The notes: generated from the sequence alone by a model not told the origin. DNA of 64,000 bases from Lama glama (GCA_028534125.1 CM052816.1:12712001-12776000), one strand, 5' to 3'. Shown: positions 36,361 to 49,869, counted from the first letter of the stretch. Numbers and translations: made by a program.

Positions 36361-37329
36361 GTCAGTGTCACTACCTTCCCAACTGGGGAAGATAAAATTA
36401 AGAGTTTGGTTAAAAAACACCAGCCCCGAGGCATGATGAGAATGATCAGATCATCCACAGATACAGCTGAGATACCTGGGGTATCTAGAAACTTCTGCAT
36501 GTCATTAGAACGCACTGAAGTTTCAAGCCATGTTTGAGAAAGGGAGTTTGGAGCTGAATCAGATTGTGTCTTTGTTTGTTTATTCCATAGCAATTTCTTA
36601 TTCCAAAAAGGATTTGAAATATCCCAAAGAGGATGTATATCATGCAGCAAGAGAAAAAAATGGGTGTGGAAAATAAATTTCAAGAGAAAAATAAAAGCAA
36701 GAAAATCAAAATATATAGTACATGACACAGAGAGAAATTTATACTGGAGTCTTAAACATCTGGTATCTGATGCATTTCAGTTGTACTTAAACCCAGAGAA
36801 ACTAAATCTGGAACAGAGAAAGAAGGGCATCAAAGCTTTTGAGTTTATTTCCCCAACCACTGAGATTATCCATGGCTTAAGGCAAAGCCTTCTATGCAAG
36901 AATAATCACATGCTTCTTGAAAGGATGGCCAGATGTCACCTTCAAGCATCTCAGAGCCGCGAAAGGACCGGTACAATGTCTTTTTCAGCCTGAAGCTCCC
37001 CACAGTGTAGCTAGAGGGTCAGGGTGTTGGGTCCTGCTCAGTAGTGGGCATGTATTCTGTTTTTGTGACTTTTCCATGCTCTTTGAACACTCACCCTCTC
37101 TGTGGAAATTCCTGCCTCTCCAAAGTAGAAAACTCGCCTTTCTTCCCTCTCTCATGGCTTATCTGACACAGGACCAACAAGTCAGACAGACTCATGGCGA
37201 GGCTTTGGATCAGAAACATCAATGGTGAGGAGGCAGAGGCCAAGCAGAATCCATTTTATCTCTGGCACAGGTTGGGGCTGAGGCTGCAAAGCCCGCTGCC
37301 TGGCCCAGAGGTGGCGTTGGCGCTGCAGG

Positions 37330-37578
37330 GAGACGCAGGTGCACTGGGTCAGTGAGATGGCGACTCCAGCCTCCGGGGCTCAAGCGCAGTGGCTGCGCTT
37401 TCCGGTCGGACCGGCTCTGCTGTGCAGCTTGTAAGCTGCTTCTGAAAGATTGTCTCCAAGTCTAGACCTCTAGCCCTGTCAGTGGTCCTGCGAGCCGCCC
37501 TGTAAACACCCTGTGAGTAAACAGCCTTTCTGCCCGGGTTGGCTTCTGTTGCTTCCAACCGAGAATATTGGCTGATAG
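37330..37578 (+). mobile_element. Old MLT1-family LTR 3' part
   Basis: Terminus gggttggcttctgttgcttccaaccgagaatattggctgata resembles MLT1 ends. Confidence 0.5.
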
Positions 37579-37862
37579 CCAGACTTTTTCTCCACTTGTC
37601 TCATGCCATGTTCAGACAAGTGGATATTTTGCTTATAAAAGCCATAGGTTAGTCCCCCTGCTCTCTCCAGAGAGATTTCTGGAGAATACAATAGTGGGAA
37701 AATGCTCTTTTCTTTTCTTTTTCCGTGTTGTTTTTACCTATGTGTAATTCGAATTGGCTTTAAGGAGAATGAATGGCTTTATTAATTTTGAAAAACTTAA
37801 AATGTTAAAAATTCAAGTTGTAGGCAGGATGATTTAGTCTATCGGGCCGTCAGGCTACCCGC

Positions 37863-38290
37863 TGAGAGACTGAATATAAAAATGGACAGTGGTCAGGCTC
37901 CACATAGAACTCTGACCTGCAGTCCGCAGCAGTCAGTGCTGCCTGTAACAACCAGTCCTGGCAGCCGAACAATAACCCCTCTAGCAGTCAGCCCCAGGAG
38001 ATCAGGACTAGGTCAGTGACTGACAGCTTCCCCGATTTTTGTCCATTTCCAATGTGGGACCAACCAGAGGAAGCCAAATATGCTCCCCCAACCATTACGT
38101 AGCCTGTCTGCAGCTTTCCCACGCCAACAGTGCCAGTCAAGGCATGCCTTAGCTTTCTCTTTTTTTTTTTCCCTATAAAGTTTCCCCACTCCTCTGCCTG
38201 TCTGAGTCTCCCAAACACGAGGGATGGGGGCTGGCTACCTTGGTACAGCAAGTTCTGAATAGCAGACTTTGCTTATTCTGACCAGGGCGT
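37863..38290 (+). mobile_element. ERV1 solo LTR (MER87/89/90-like)
   Basis: tgagagactgaatataaaaatggac ... atagaactctgacctgcag ... gggaccaaccagaggaagccaaatatgctcccc ... ctataaagtttcccc. Confidence 0.7.
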
Positions 38291-39986
38291 GTTGCTGTAG
38301 GTAGTGGGTCGACCAGAACTCTGAGCTGCCTTTTTCACTGCCTCCGCTTCTGTTCCTGACACTCTTCTGACTGAGCCCCATTCCTTAGCAGGGTGCCTTG
38401 TGCCCTGAACCACTCAGTGGGAAATGATGGATGTAGTAGACACTCAGGGAGAATCAGTTTTGGCCCTAACCCGTATTCTTTTCCTTGTGTGGTTTCCATA
38501 GTCCCTAAATCTGATTCTAAAGGGAAAAAAAATTGTTATGGTTTAAGATCGTGGAGATAAATGTTAAACAGATTGTAAAGCAGAATAGCACAAAAAATAC
38601 TTGCAACTACTTCTATTAGTTTAAGGCTGTGTTTAATGGAGCTTTGTAATGCATGCGGCAATGTTTCAGTTTTCAAAATGAATTTATAAAAAGGAGGCTT
38701 CTATAATAGCCATTCTCAAATTATTTTGCTCCTCAAATGTACATAGGTTCCCATAGGTATTAAATGAACAGTGTATAGTTAGTTTCCTAGAGTTACATTT
38801 GTTCTCTAGTTATTTGGGTTTTATTAGCTATATTATGAAGAATTTGCTAAAATAATTCCATTGTTTTTACCTTGAATTGTTGGAGTCAGCAGTTTAACGG
38901 GACCACCTACCTCTACCAAACTAATTTTTCAGACTTTCTGCAGTCTCACGTACCCTTTTCACTTCACTCTTTATCTGCCTTCTACACGGTCATAAGGAAA
39001 AGGTGTCATCTGATCATCAAAGCATGGAGGGGGATGTTGAGTAAAACAAGAAGTCTAGATAATTTCCCTTAAACTTACTTTGGCTTGGATTTTCTTTCAC
39101 TGCTTAAAAAGTCATCTCATTGCTAAATTCCAACAATTCTAAAGCACTTGCTTTTTTTCACTTTTTAACCCATCTGAAATACATGTATGTTTCATCATCC
39201 GTAGTGGGTCGTAGTTTGACTGTTTTCTGTTGGCTGATGATACACAAAACAGTGGCGTATGTTATCACTGATAGATCTTAAATCCAGCGAGATAAGGTGG
39301 CTGATGTTTATTAAGTGTGCATTATTCTCTAAGTGTTCTGTACCACGGCAGGTCCTGTAGAAACGCAGCCCCTGACTGAGGGCGCCAGCTGCCAAATATG
39401 GTGCCTGGAGCTCCCTGGCTTCCTGTGAGGAGGGGGCAGGTGGCTCACCAGGGCAGAAATTCTGTCCTTTTGTTTATCCTTTCTTTCCAAACAAATGGGA
39501 CTTCTCTACAAGCTTTCCTTGGAAGAGAGGCTGTGTACCTACACAAAACAAAGCAGCATTGTGAAAATTAGTAACCAGGGAGATTGACTGCCCACAGCTG
39601 AGCGAAAATAGGGGCTCCCTCCTTGGGTTCCGGCTGTAGGGTGTGGCCAGAACTAGGCACTGTTCCTCTGGGGCAGAGGGTTTCACTGAGGTACTAATTC
39701 ATGTGTAATTGTGTGTAATTTCCCAGTTCTCCTTCCATTGCTAGCCAAGTTTGTGTTCTCTCTACGCAGGAGACAGGGCCAGAAGCAAGAAGGGCTCTTC
39801 CTGTTTCTTGTAAATGGCCCAACTCCTTAAAAATCATGTCCACCCTCCCTGCTTCCACACCAGGGAGAGGTTTCGCTCCGAGTCCAGCACTGTGGCCCCT
39901 TCTGTGCAGGTGGCCTCCGGAGTTGGCTTCCGAAGATACATAGGAAGGTGGGCCCCAGGCGCAGGACTCATGCCGTGTAGGAATCT

Positions 39987-40453
39987 TGACAAAGACTCTC
40001 TCCTTGACCGAACTTCAGTCAAGCTCCTCTGAGCCCTTTGCTCAACTAGGCCCAGACTTGAGCTACTGTCTCTGTTGTTACAGAGGCCAGTTTTAGCAAG
40101 ACTCCTGCTGAGTCAGTTTAGCCAGAATCTCCCACTTTTAAGATCTGATCACCTTCAACATTTGACCCAATTCATCATCCCCCTGTCATCCTTGCAGTAT
40201 CTCAGCACCTCGGCCAGCCCTCAGTAAGAATCCAGTTAGGTCAGTTCGGCAAGACTGACGCTCTGTCTTAGTGACCTTCCATCCACCGCCCCCTTCCCTG
40301 ACTCAGCTGCTTGGCTATAAATCTCCAGTGTTCTGTGTCGTGTTTGGAGTTGAGCCCAGGCTCTCTCCCCTACTGTGAAGCCTGTGACAACAGTCCTGAA
40401 CGAAGTCTGCCTTACCATTTTAACAAGCATCGGAATATTTTATTTCTCTGACG
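39987..40453 (+). mobile_element. MER31-like ERV1 solo LTR
   Basis: tgacaaagactctctccttgaccgaacttcagtcaagctcctctgagccc matches the recalled MER31 start; TATAAA at 40316; imperfect TSD atct/gtct. Confidence 0.9.
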
Positions 40454-41559
40454 GTCTATGACCCAAGAGTGCCAAGACTGAGCAGAGTCGCCAGACCTGC
40501 AGAGACAGCGAATGCCTTCTTGGCCCCCTGGGTGGGCAGGTGTCTGGAGGACTCTTTGATGCTTTGACAGGTGTTGGACAGTGAAAGGAGATGAGGGAGA
40601 TGTCTAGAGATAGAGGTACTTGAATTTCATACCAGTCTGCTAGGTAGACACTTGGAGAAAATGTAAGTTGATCTAAAACTCGCTTGCTTGCACAGCAAAA
40701 TTTGAGCTTGCAAATTTATATCATGACACATTTTATCCCATTCAACATCACAGCATCTGAAAGGTGACTATTATACCTATTTTACCATAGAGGTCTTAGA
40801 GGCTCAGCAAGAGAAGAGATTTGCCCAACTTTTCATAGTGAGGCAACCAATGCCTAACATACGTGTGCTAAAAGGCAGAGCAAGGATACCCTATTTCCTG
40901 GCATAATGATTTAATTCCCCACTTGACAATTACTTTCTTGTCTAGTCATTCTTTAAAGGTATGCTTTCTGGTTGCTTTCCTTTTAAGGGTTTTGAGTCAT
41001 TCAGGAAAGGAAGCCAGATTTGGAGGAAATATTCTTAATTATGCTCCAAATATCTGGATACAAAGTAAACAAACAAACAAACAAAAATAAGGAAGCATTC
41101 AGCTTCATCTAGAGGATTAAGAGCCCTGTAGGCACAGTCAACATGGGAGAAGGATGAAAGCCATTGATTTAAATTGTGGTGTAATGTCTTGCTCTGTGTT
41201 TCTGCTTTTTCTTTTCAAGTGAAATCTAAGATGGAACCTCAATATGTAAAATGAACAAAAATCATTGGGCTTCTCAGGTAATTTAAATTTTGACAGAGGC
41301 TGAAAAGACATCATTGTTTATGCTGTCTATAAATCATCTTCCTTGAGCTCTGAGGGGCATCCTGAGCAAATCTGAAAACAATTTTGGGGAGAAGGACCCC
41401 AAAGGGGACAGTAGGATAATGGTAATTAGCACGAACTCTGCAGTGGGATGGGCTAGGTCCAAGTTCTGTTTCTTGTCTTCAGAGATAAATTAGATAACCC
41501 ATTAAATGTAAATAGCAAAGTGCTAACAGATGGCAACCCCTAAGTTTTTCCACTGTTTA

Positions 41560-41790
41560 TGAAGGCTGAACACAGACTCATGAGTCAAAATTAGTCTCTT
41601 CCATTTAGCAGCTGGGTAACATAGGACACATCATTTAACCTCTGAGTATCAGCTTTATCTTCTGGAAAACAAGAATCATAACAGAATGTATCTCGTGGGT
41701 TGATGTGAGGATTAAATGAGATGGTGAGTATAAGCTCTTAGCCCAAGATATCCGCAGTAAGCACCCAATAACTTGTTGCCATTTTAGTAA
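41560..41790 (+). mobile_element. MIR
   Basis: catttaacctctgagtatcagctttatcttctggaaaac ... gggttgatgtgaggattaaatgagatg. Confidence 0.8.
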
Positions 41791-41817
41791 GTACTATTCT
41801 ATAACCACTGCCATTAC

Positions 41818-42718
41818 TGTTAGCAGATAGATCATCAAATTGGAAAGCCCACCAAAGGTGTGGGGCCTTGTCTGCCAGCTGTGAAAGAACGTGCAGCAAA
41901 GGCAGAGGGACAAAGTGAAAAACTGCTTTATTGCTCAAGGGATGGGAAAAGGCAAGAAGGCGCTTGAGTAGGGAAAAGGAAAGAGAAGCAGTCTAGCAGG
42001 GAGCTGTCAGCCGAGATGGCTAGTGGAGACAGCTCCCACCTCAGACTGGGCCATGTTTGGACTTTTATTGGATGCTTCTCCCATCATGTCTTCCTTCCAG
42101 ATGTGCTGGAGCCAATCACCTTGTCTTCTGTCCATGTATGGGCTTTTCCAGTTGTTGTCACGGCAACCGTCAACTGTCATGACGCTGGTGGATGTGTCAT
42201 TGAGCATGCTAATACATTACAGCAAATGTATAATGAGGCTCAAGGTCCACTGAAAGTCAAATCCTATGCCATTTTGGGCTTAATTGGTTCTAATCTGTTC
42301 TTGTTTCTTCTCTTTGTAGCTGCCTCTTGAGACTTAGATAAGAATAATTGGTTTCTATTCCAGGGAGGGGCAGGGGTATGATCCTGGGGGCAACAGCCTT
42401 GATAAGAAAAAGCAAAGTTGCTTTTAATCAGAATGCCTGCAATCTGGTGGACCCAGCATCTCCCAGAAAAACCATCTCCGAAGATTCTGTTCAGCCATGA
42501 AAGTTTTAAAGGGAAATGGGGGAGTAATCTCAATTAATTATTGAGGTAGGCGTTCAGAATAATTGCTATCCCCCAGTGCCTACAGGCTTGTCCTAATCAG
42601 CTGCTTGAGCTTGCTCTTCTATGACTTGGGGACGCAGGTGAGACTTCAGCTTTTCTATAAACAAGAGTCAGGGATTGGAGGGGTCCTGCAGCGTCCTGCA
42701 GCGTCCTGCTTGGTATCA
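41818..42718 (-). mobile_element. ERV1-class solo LTR, 901 bp, possibly chimeric
   Basis: TG...CA termini with perfect 4-bp TSD ttac (41814-41817, 42719-42722); minus-strand AATAAA at 41927-41932. Confidence 0.75.
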
Positions 42719-45454
42719 TTACTTGCACCCACAAGTCTACAAGTACTTTGAATTCACCTCAGGCAGCCACCATTGTCTCCTCTTCCTCCCCTGCCTCCTC
42801 TTTCTCTTTCTCCTTCTGCCTTTTTCCCTCCTCCTCCTTCCAACATGATTTGAATTGAGCATTAGCATAAACATGAAAAGTGAGTTCCCAATCTTTGCCT
42901 AAATTCACTTAGAGGAAAAGCTCGGCTATGGAGGAGAATGACTCATTATTATTCACAGCTCTATAAAAACTGGAAGGTAAATATTGGCCTTCTGGATGCA
43001 AAGCATTACATTTCCTCTAAAATTTGTTTAAAGTGGTTTCCCACTAAGAATATAAAATAGATGATTTTGTTTTGAGAGCAGTTATTATTATGCAGATTAG
43101 AGACTAAACACTCAAATATCTTATTTGCTAATTTGCCATTCATGAGAAAATTAGACATTCTAAAAAGTTCTCATTTTTAGAGCAAAGAATCTTCTAAATT
43201 CTCACTCAAAAGGAGGTCTACCATTGTCAAAAAGATATTTAAATGCATGCTGATATTTCTCAGAATCTTCAGTCTAGATGAAAAGTGTAATTCAGTCTGC
43301 AGTCCTGCTGCTTTATGACAAAGCACTATGATTTCTTTCTGGTTTCTTTTTTTATACATGTATGCAGACAATTGCAGTGAAAGGAGTAATTAATTTGTAA
43401 GACAGATGAATTGAAAGCTCAACGTTCTAAAGAGGTATTTCAGTGCCTCAGAGTAATCATAGCATTGTGTTTCCTTCTCTTTCTTAATGGATCCTAACTT
43501 CCTGTGGCCTTTGTTGCTAGGTAACTAGTCTCTACTGAATTGAAAGCCACCTTTCTGTTACTGTGGTTGACTCTGCGGAGTCTGAAATGAACCAGGCAGA
43601 TCTTGAATCTTTCAGGATAAACTATCAGTGATGTGCCTGTGGATGATGTGAAAAGCTCTGAGTTCAACATTATCTGTGGAGCCATTGGTTAAAACCCCAG
43701 GGGTGATCCACTTCCCTTATAACCCCCCTTTGGAAAATTCCATTAGCGTATCCTGTGTGAAGTTAATTCTCCCAGAAGTAGAGAGAAAAAAAGAACCAAA
43801 CTGTGGTCCATTTCCCCTCATTTCTGTATTTCATTAAGATCCAGGCCATCTTAGGAACACTGAAAGATGTTTAAAGAGGTAAGCTTCAAAGGAATGATGC
43901 ATTCCTGGGCAAGTTGCATCCTTTCAGTGGAGTCATTTTTGTTTTCACAGTTCAAATTCAGAATCTGAATGCACACTGGAGGCTTTTAAGCTTCCTCAGT
44001 GGTGTTGAAAGTGCAGAGAACTACCAAAATGCATTTGCAAGAACCACAACTGTGTTTTAGAAGGTGTCTTGATCAGTGGAGGAATATAGTGAATACAACT
44101 TGTTTCCTCCCCAGCCCAACTCAGAAATAGAATCTCTTCCACCTCATTTTAATTCTGATACAGTTTGAAGAGTCCACATTCAGAGGCGGAAGTCATGCTT
44201 ATAAGTTGCAAATCATCTGAAGGTAGAAGTAAAGGTTCAAGGCAGGGCATTAACGCAGCCCTGGGATCTGACCAAAAATGGACCATCAGCCGGTGGTGGG
44301 ATGGGGAAGGAAGCTCCTAGAAGAACTTGAAGCCTTACTGATTCTTTCCTTTGAGGCTTTTCTGCTTTTTCTTTCCCATTCAATTATGTTCCCTTTTGTT
44401 AGTGTGTGTGTGTGTCTCCACTGTTTCAAGCTTGAATTGAGCGAATGTCAGCATTCCAGAGCTCACATCTTTTGGGCCTAGAGCATAGAAAATGAGGATT
44501 TTCAACTCTTTGCCTCAATTTACTTAGATAGAAAACCCCTCCCACCCCGCCTTGATCTCTTTGTTGCCTTAAGCATATAGATGGCATCCACCAACAAATT
44601 ACCATTGGTTCCTCATAGGTGACTCTGCTTATGTCTAAATTATGCCCCAAATTATGCATGTCTGTTATTGTTAGATGAAATCAGTCAGATCAGTTGAAAA
44701 GAAAACCAAATATAGACACAGACAAATAGCCGATTATAGAGCAAGCCATTTTAATACAATTGCATCAGCAGGTTTTCAATCCTGCTGTCACTGGGAAGTC
44801 TCCTCAGTTCAGGTAGCTGGAAACAGAATAAGAACATGGCATCTTCAGCTGTAGCCACGAGGAGAGGTGCTGGCAGCTGGGTGCAGCTGGTCTAGAGAAA
44901 GCGGTAGGGGGGCTGAGGGGACCTCCAGCCCGTCTAAAGGGACGTGGTGACAGCGTGTACTTTCTTTTCTGGCTTCTTCCATAGGTGCTGGTGCAAACTC
45001 ATTTCTAGCATTCAGAATAGCCCTTGTTACCAGCCATCAGCCAGCTCCTGGAAGCTGGATTCAGACAAACAGCTCAGAATTCCTACAGCTCATGAATCAA
45101 GAGCCTTGATGACTTTTCTTTCTCCCAGCCCCCTCCCAGGGGACTGGGCAGAGTCCCCTTTCACATCCCCAAACACCAAAGCTCTGATGCTGCTGCCTTT
45201 CCTTGGCAGTGGAGTCATTTTCTCATCCCCCTGAGACACCCCCTCTTTTGAGTTCTGTCCCCAGTGACTCAAAGGCAAGTTACTCTCCTAAAGGCAATTT
45301 GCTAAGTGCTTCCAAGGAAACTTTCAGAGATACATCTTTTGGATACAAAAACAGAACACTGGTAGGACATCAGTCCCTACTAAATAAGGATAAAACCATG
45401 CTTCCTTTTCAGAAGTTATATTTGCCTCTTCGTGTTGGGATAGTCACAACAGGG

Positions 45455-46030
45455 CAGTGTTTGGTAGTGCCAAACTTGGGCTTTGGAAGCAAGCCATTTG
45501 GGTTCAAACTATACCCTACTGGAGGTCACAGGCAATTACTTTACCTCTCTCAGCCTCAATATCCTCACTCATACAAATAGCAGATACAGCAACAGTCACC
45601 CTATAGAGATCATGGTGAGAATTCCATGAGATAATGCATATTCTTAGCAGAGAACCTGGCATACAATAAACTGTACAGTAAGTAGTTTCTATTATTATTA
45701 TCATCATTATGTCTCGCAGTAGCATCCTGTGAACACTTTCCATGTATGCACTAAGCATTATGGGATCCTGGCGAGGGAATTTGAATAAGACGCATATCCT
45801 ACTCTCAAGGAACTCTCAGTTCAGTGAATAAAACAGAAATGTGAAGAATAAGTTACAGTACAAACTAGTGTATTAACAGAGGAAGAAACAGACCATCATG
45901 AGAGGCTTGAGGAAGTCTGGAGATAGACGTTCAGGAAGTTTTCACAATGGAGGGACACGGGATCTGGCCACTGAAGGAAGAGTAATAAGGGAAGGTGGTA
46001 AAAAGTTTTCAGGCACTGGAGCATCTGTCT
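45455..46030. mobile_element. MIR (+, ~45455-45700) followed by L2 (-, ~45740-46030)
   Basis: tgggttcaaac ... ttacctctctcagcctcaatatcctca ... gaacctggcatacaataa; aataagacgcatatcctactctcaaggaactctcagt. Confidence 0.7.
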
Positions 46031-46074
46031 TGCTGTGTTTGGGCAACTTGGGTCAAAGGCATTCTTCATTTATG

Positions 46075-48000
46075 CATCTCATTTCCTTTTGATTCTTTCT
46101 CAGTTTTCATCTCTGCCTGCATTACCCGTCTCTTTTTGCGTGTTATCTACTTTTCCCATTAGAGCCCTTAACATATTAATCGTAGCTGTTTAAGTAATCC
46201 CAGCATATGTGTCATACTTGAGTCTGGTTCTGATGATTTTTTTTAATGCCTTTTAGTATGCCTTGTAATTTTTGTTGAAAGCCAGATATGTTGTATTGGG
46301 TAGTAGAAACTTTAGTTGGGGATTTATATTAACCAGACTAGGAGCCGGGCTGTGTTTAATGCTTGCTGTCTGTATAGGTGCCAGAGGCTTCGGATTCCTT
46401 CAGTGCCCTTGTTTTTGTCTCTCCTCTTGATTCTGGGCTCCCCAAGGTATACTCCTCAGGGAGAATCTGTATCTTGCAGCTCTTTGAGCTCTAATCCACT
46501 ATTATTGTCCCAGAGCCCAGTTATTGTCATGACAAGGTGTGGGAGAGGGAGAACATTCTACAATCTTATAATTTATAGTCTTTTAATAGGCTTATCTCTC
46601 TAGACTATGGCGTTCACAGGGGTTTCTCCAGAGCAGTAGCTTTTTTTTTTTTTTTTTTTTTTTGCATCCTTCCCCTACATACTTTCCTGGTTGTGGCCTT
46701 CCCTGTCTGCTGTTGTGAATCCCTGACCTCAGTTGACTAGGGTTTTCCCTTATCCCCACCCATTAAGTGAGANNNNNNNNNNNNNNNNNNNNNNNNNNNN
46801 NNNNNNNNNNNNNNNNNNNNNNNNNNNNNNNNNNNNNNNNNNNNNNNNNNNNNNNNNNNNNNNNNNNNNNNNNNNNNNNNNNNNNNNNNNNNNNNNNNNN
46901 NNNNNNNNNNNNNNNNNNNNNNNNNNNNNNNNNNNNNNNNNNNNNNNNNNNNNNNNNNNNNNNNNNNNNNNNNNNNNNNNNNNNNNNNNNNNNNNNNNNN
47001 NNNNNNNNNNNNNNNNNNNNNNNNNNNNNNNNNNNNNNNNNNNNNNNNNNNNNNNNNNNNNNNNNNNNNNNNNNNNNNNNNNNNNNNNNNNNNNNNNNNN
47101 NNNNNNNNNNNNNNNNNNNNNNNNNNNNNNNNNNNNNNNNNNNNNNNNNNNNNNNNNNNNNNNNNNNNNNNNNNNNNNNNNNNNNNNNNNNNNNNNNNNN
47201 NNNNNNNNNNNNNNNNNNNNNNNNNNNNNNNNNNNNNNNNNNNNNNNNNNNNNNNNNNNNNNNNNNNNNNNNTCTCTAGACTATGGCGTTCACAGGGGTT
47301 TCTCCAGAGCAGTAGCTTTTTTTTTTTTTTTTTTTTTTTCATCCGTACCCAAAATAATTTCATGGTTTTGGCCTTACCTGTCTGCTGTTGTGAATCCCTG
47401 ACCTCAGTTGACTAGGGTTTTCCCTTATCCCCACCCATTATGTGAGATAGAAAGGCTAGAGGATGCTGTAATGGGAGGAACACCCTTCCCCCAGCTGAGA
47501 TAATGCTAGCAAAGTCTTCTCCTTGGAAAGGAGGCCTTTGTTAAAGATAAGGCTTTGAGATAATTTCACCATGGTTACTCTTCCCCTCCCCCTGCCAAAG
47601 CCAGGAGAGGATGTTTCTTGGATCTTCACTATGAGAACCTGGTGTAGTTCTTGACGGTAAAAGTCATGAAAGTTTGAGGACCCTCTAGGACTACAGCCCC
47701 CCTTGATATTGTTTCTTTCTCTCATGTTAGTACATATTCAGTCTTCATCAGCCCATCGAAATCACCATTAAGTGTTCCTAACAATTTGCGGTTCTAGTGG
47801 TTTCTGCTCCAGGTAAGTGATTCTGGCAGTGGCTCTTTCTATGTGTCTGTTTCTCTATATTTCAGAGTGACTTTTTGTCCTTCAACCTCAGTTCTCTGAC
47901 ATTTCAAGGAAAATTATCGGTCTTTAGATTGCCCAGATTTTGCTGTTGTTATTGTTGTAAGAACAAAAGTGATAACTTACACACTTTTCGCACAGTGAAG
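46075..48000 (-). mobile_element. Old L1M 5' UTR/ORF1-start region, split by a gap
   Basis: tttcccattagagcccttaacatattaatcgtagct ... gccttgtaatttttgttgaaagccaga ... ttctgctccaggtaag ... tcaacctcagttctctga. Confidence 0.75.
46773..47272. other. Assembly gap (500 N) with overlapping flanks
   Basis: 46597-46772 is repeated at 47273-47447. Confidence 0.97.
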
Positions 48001-48599
48001 CTGAACTCAGAAGACCAAGTTGGGAATAAAAATAAGTTTGTGTGTCAGAGTTCTTTGGGAAATATCCAATGAGACAGTGCATATAAAGTTCTTGGCATAG
48101 TATCAAGCACACTGTAAATGTTTAGTAAATTTTATTATCATATCAGGGAAGATTTATCATTTTATTCCTATTAACATACAATAAAAACTAAATATTTTGC
48201 TACAGTGTGTTTCTTCAAGCTTAAAATAAAAGAGACTATTTTAACCAGACTACATGAATCCAGCCAAGTTGTACAAGTTTAAAACTGAACACCATCCAAA
48301 TTCTAGATTATACCCCCAGTTCCAAAAATACACAATAATTCGGTCTTGTCACGCTTCACTTATCAAAGCACACTTGCCATTGGAAATAAACATCTCCGTT
48401 TCTATGACCCAATGATTTTTTAATGTAAATTTTATATACCAGGTGCTATGTAATATAAAGTTGATTTTCTTTTTGTGCTTTCTCTGGAACTGTTCAAAGT
48501 GTAATGAGAGAGACAGCCAGCTAAATACCTAATTATAATACTGTACAATGAAAGTGTGATAAAGATATAGAAGGAATGTTATAAAGTTATCAAGGCAAA

Positions 48600-48955
48600 C
48601 CTCTGCATTCAGTCTAACTGCATTCAAATCCCAGTTCTGTGATTTAACCTTGCAGTGAGCTTTTGGACAAATTATTTAACCTCTGTCTGCCTCAGTTCAC
48701 GTGTATACAAAATGGAACCAATGAAACATTTAGGTTTCAATGCCCGTAGGATGCTAAGCGTAGAGCCTGGAGCAAAGTAACTACTTGGCAAATATAGCTC
48801 CAACAATTAGCTGTAAGCAGAATGCTGTGAGGAAGAGTAACTTAAGCTTGATGGCCAGGAACAGAGTTTTGTTTCTCAAGTTCTCCCAAATGCCAGCCAC
48901 ATAGTAAGTTCTCAGTACATCAGTCAAGTCAGCGAATGATTGAATGAATGAACAA
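48600..48955 (+). mobile_element. MIR followed by an L2 terminus
   Basis: ttcaaatcccagttctg ... ttatttaacctctgtctgcctcagtt; cacatagtaagttctcagtacat ... gaatgattgaatgaatgaa. Confidence 0.7.
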
Positions 48956-49446
48956 GTCATTAATTTGTAGGGCATTATGGAAGGTGTCCCAGGACAGCAT
49001 TTGAAGCTGGTTTGTGGCATGAGGAGGGACTCACCAAGTGAAGAAAGGAAGAACAATTGTGGGGAGAGATACCTGTCATGAGAGGAAACTGGGAATTATC
49101 CAGTATGGCTACAGCTTTGGGTACAGAGAGTGATATTATTAGGAAACATGGAGATTCCAGAAAAAACCTTTCTTAGAAGTGTTGCTTTAAATGTAAGAAA
49201 TAATCCTTTGAGTCAGTAGCCCCAAAGTCTTAGTTACCTTCTCTTAAAACTGCCCTGCCCCTTCCCCACCCCAGAGAAGAGAGAACCAAACTAAATTAAA
49301 GGAACCAGGTAATGGAATCAGCCATTTAGGACTGTATTTTGGTTTTGATAACACAGATTTTTAGGAAATAGAGAATTTAAGAAAATTATATGGTCACTTA
49401 ATTCTACTTCTCTGATTTTGCTGTCTCAAATTCTACTTCTGTAATT

Positions 49447-49606
49447 CTTCTCTCAAGTACCCCTAGGGAGCTGCTAAAATTCAGATTCCCAGTCCTGACC
49501 AGACTTATTAAATCAGGATTTCTGGGTGTGAGGACTAAGAATCTACATTTTAGACATGTATCTCAGCTGATTTTTTTTTTTTGCACACTGAAATTTGAGC
49601 ACCATA
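49447..49606 (+). mobile_element. MER5-family hAT-Charlie MITE
   Basis: ctagggagctgctaaaattcagattccc ... aatcaggatttctggg ... gaatctacatttt ... cacactgaaatttgagcacca. Confidence 0.75.
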
Positions 49607-49869
49607 CATTTACATGCACGGATCTCAAACTGGTACCCAAGAGCTGAACATATATTTGATTATTTCTGGTATCTTGGCCATTGCCCCCGCTGTTTCCTCT
49701 CAATGGAACAGTTATGCCCCACTCCTCTATCCCTACATACACTATTTTGCTTCACTATTTATTCTTCCAGTGTTAGCTCATTCATTATTTTTCATTCAAG
49801 CTGTATTCCACAAAGAATACTCTGGCCTACTCTGAGCCAGACAAGATGTCCGTCATCTTCCTTCTATAG

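Noticed and set aside
37301..37320. CTCF-like site (also ~2903-2917)
   Set aside because: Mismatches at high-information positions of the core motif
46733..47401. ORFs of 170-222 aa
   Set aside because: N-gap artefacts
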